Source of the DNA: Octopus bimaculoides
Taxonomy: Eukaryota
Direction: 5' to 3'
Assembly (NCBI RefSeq): GCF_001194135.2
Contig: NC_068983.1
Coordinates: 163,801,968-163,865,967 of the forward strand
DNA length: 64,000 nucleotides
A program made the translations under genes and the position numbers. A model generated the notes under the pieces. That model had not been told where the DNA came from and searched no databases. It was given only the letters and a program-made list of their open reading frames with translations. This document shows positions 62,691 to 64,000 of this stretch, piece after piece. The first letter of the stretch is position 1. Each line of letters opens with the position of its first letter.

Positions 62691-63024
62691 TAAAAAATTA
62701 AATGATTCTGGGTTCGGTCCCAATGTGTGGTACCATTGGCAAGTGTTTTTTATAGCCCTGGGCCAGCAAAACCTTGTGAGAGGATTCACAGAAGAAATTG
62801 AATGAAGCTTCATGTATGCACGTGTGTGTGTGTATGTGCACATCACTTTGTCTTGATTCATGTGATTGATGAAAATGAATATCATTCATTTCCAATATTC
62901 TGCAAAAACAGGTCTGACCATGGGAGAACAATATCTTGGTTGGCCAAAAGGAGAGGCCTCCATCTGCAAAACAAATCTGACTCGATAAACTCTGACCTGT
63001 TCAAGCATGGAAGAAATGAATTCT

Positions 63025-63571
63025 TTTATTTTTTCATTCTTTTACTTGCTTCAGTCATTTGACATTGGCCATGCTGGAGCACCGCCTTTTTAGTTGAACA
63101 AATCAACCCTAGGACAATCACACAGACACACACACACACACACNNNNNNNNNNNNNNNNNNNNNNNNNNNNNNNNNNNNNNNNNNNNNNNNNNNNNNNNN
63201 NNNNNNNNNNNNNNNNNNNNNNNNNNNNNNNNNNNNNNNNNNNNNNNNNNNNNNNNNNNNNNNNNNNNNNNNNNNNNNNNNNNNNNNNNNNNNNNNNNNN
63301 NNNNNNNNNNNNNNNNNNNNNNNNNNNNNNNNNNNNNNNNNNNNNNNNNNNNNNNNNNNNNNNNNNNNNNNNNNNNNNNNNNNNNNNNNTATATATATAT
63401 ATATATATGTACACATACACATATATATACGACTTTCAGTTTCCATCTACCAAATCTACTCACAAGGCTTTGGTCAGCCCAAGGCTATAGTAGAAGACAT
63501 TTTCCCAAGGTACAACACAGTGAGACTGAGCCCAGAGCTATGTAGTTGAAGAGCACAGCCACTCCTGCACC
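63025..63571 (-). mobile_element. SINE family A, full length (gap in microsatellite)
   Basis: Reverse-complement tail at 63025-63120 and head at 63430-63571. Confidence 0.85.
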
Positions 63572-64000
63572 TAATGTTAAATGATGATGAACATTTTTCT
63601 TAAAACTTTCTATGGAATAATTTCAGAGTTATAAATCCTACAAAAATATATTCTTTGACAAACAAAGAATTTCTTTTGAACTAGTTTGGTCTCATTCAAT
63701 TTGAATGTAGTCAGAACCTTGCACTTTTCCTCAACCAGATTATACACATATAAGAGATTATCCAAATGAGATTATCCAAAAAATTATAAGCAACACTTTC
63801 TAATTCACACCTCTGCCTCCAAAATAGAAAATAATTTTCAAAAAAGGTGAAAAAAAAATTACAAGAAAAGAAAGATATTTATCAATCACTTAGTAATTTA
63901 ATGTTCTTTGTTGCAATAGTTTCAGAAAAGTGGGGGAAATATCAAAACGCACTATATTCCCTGCCAGAATGAATGATTAGTAATATTATCGAATAAAAAA

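Overview
AT-rich, microsatellite-saturated animal genomic DNA. The SINE and LINE complement suggests an octopod cephalopod (Octopus); this is inference. There are 15 assembly gaps (about 6.1 kb of N), most anchored in simple repeats. No host protein-coding gene, rRNA, tRNA gene or CRISPR array can be supported; the long entries in the ORF track are microsatellite or N artefacts. The window is an intronic or intergenic accumulation of transposable elements: (i) dozens of tRNA-derived SINEs of at least three families; (ii) 3' ends of two RTE-type LINE lineages; (iii) five 3' fragments of restriction-like-endonuclease (R4/Dong-like) LINEs from four subfamilies, lying in or next to trinucleotide tracts, mostly (TAA)n; (iv) hAT- and piggyBac-type MITEs, several nested; (v) faint CR1-like and pogo-like remnants. 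The most notable layer, invisible in the ORF track, is a set of about eight minimal type-I hammerhead-ribozyme motifs from five unrelated repeat families, typical of Penelope-like elements and retrozymes. Several lie in long inverted-repeat structures. Two families share a non-canonical U.U at the base of stem II, and two have a zero-loop stem III that could form only as a dimer. A few weak orphan exon or promoter candidates are flagged at low confidence.
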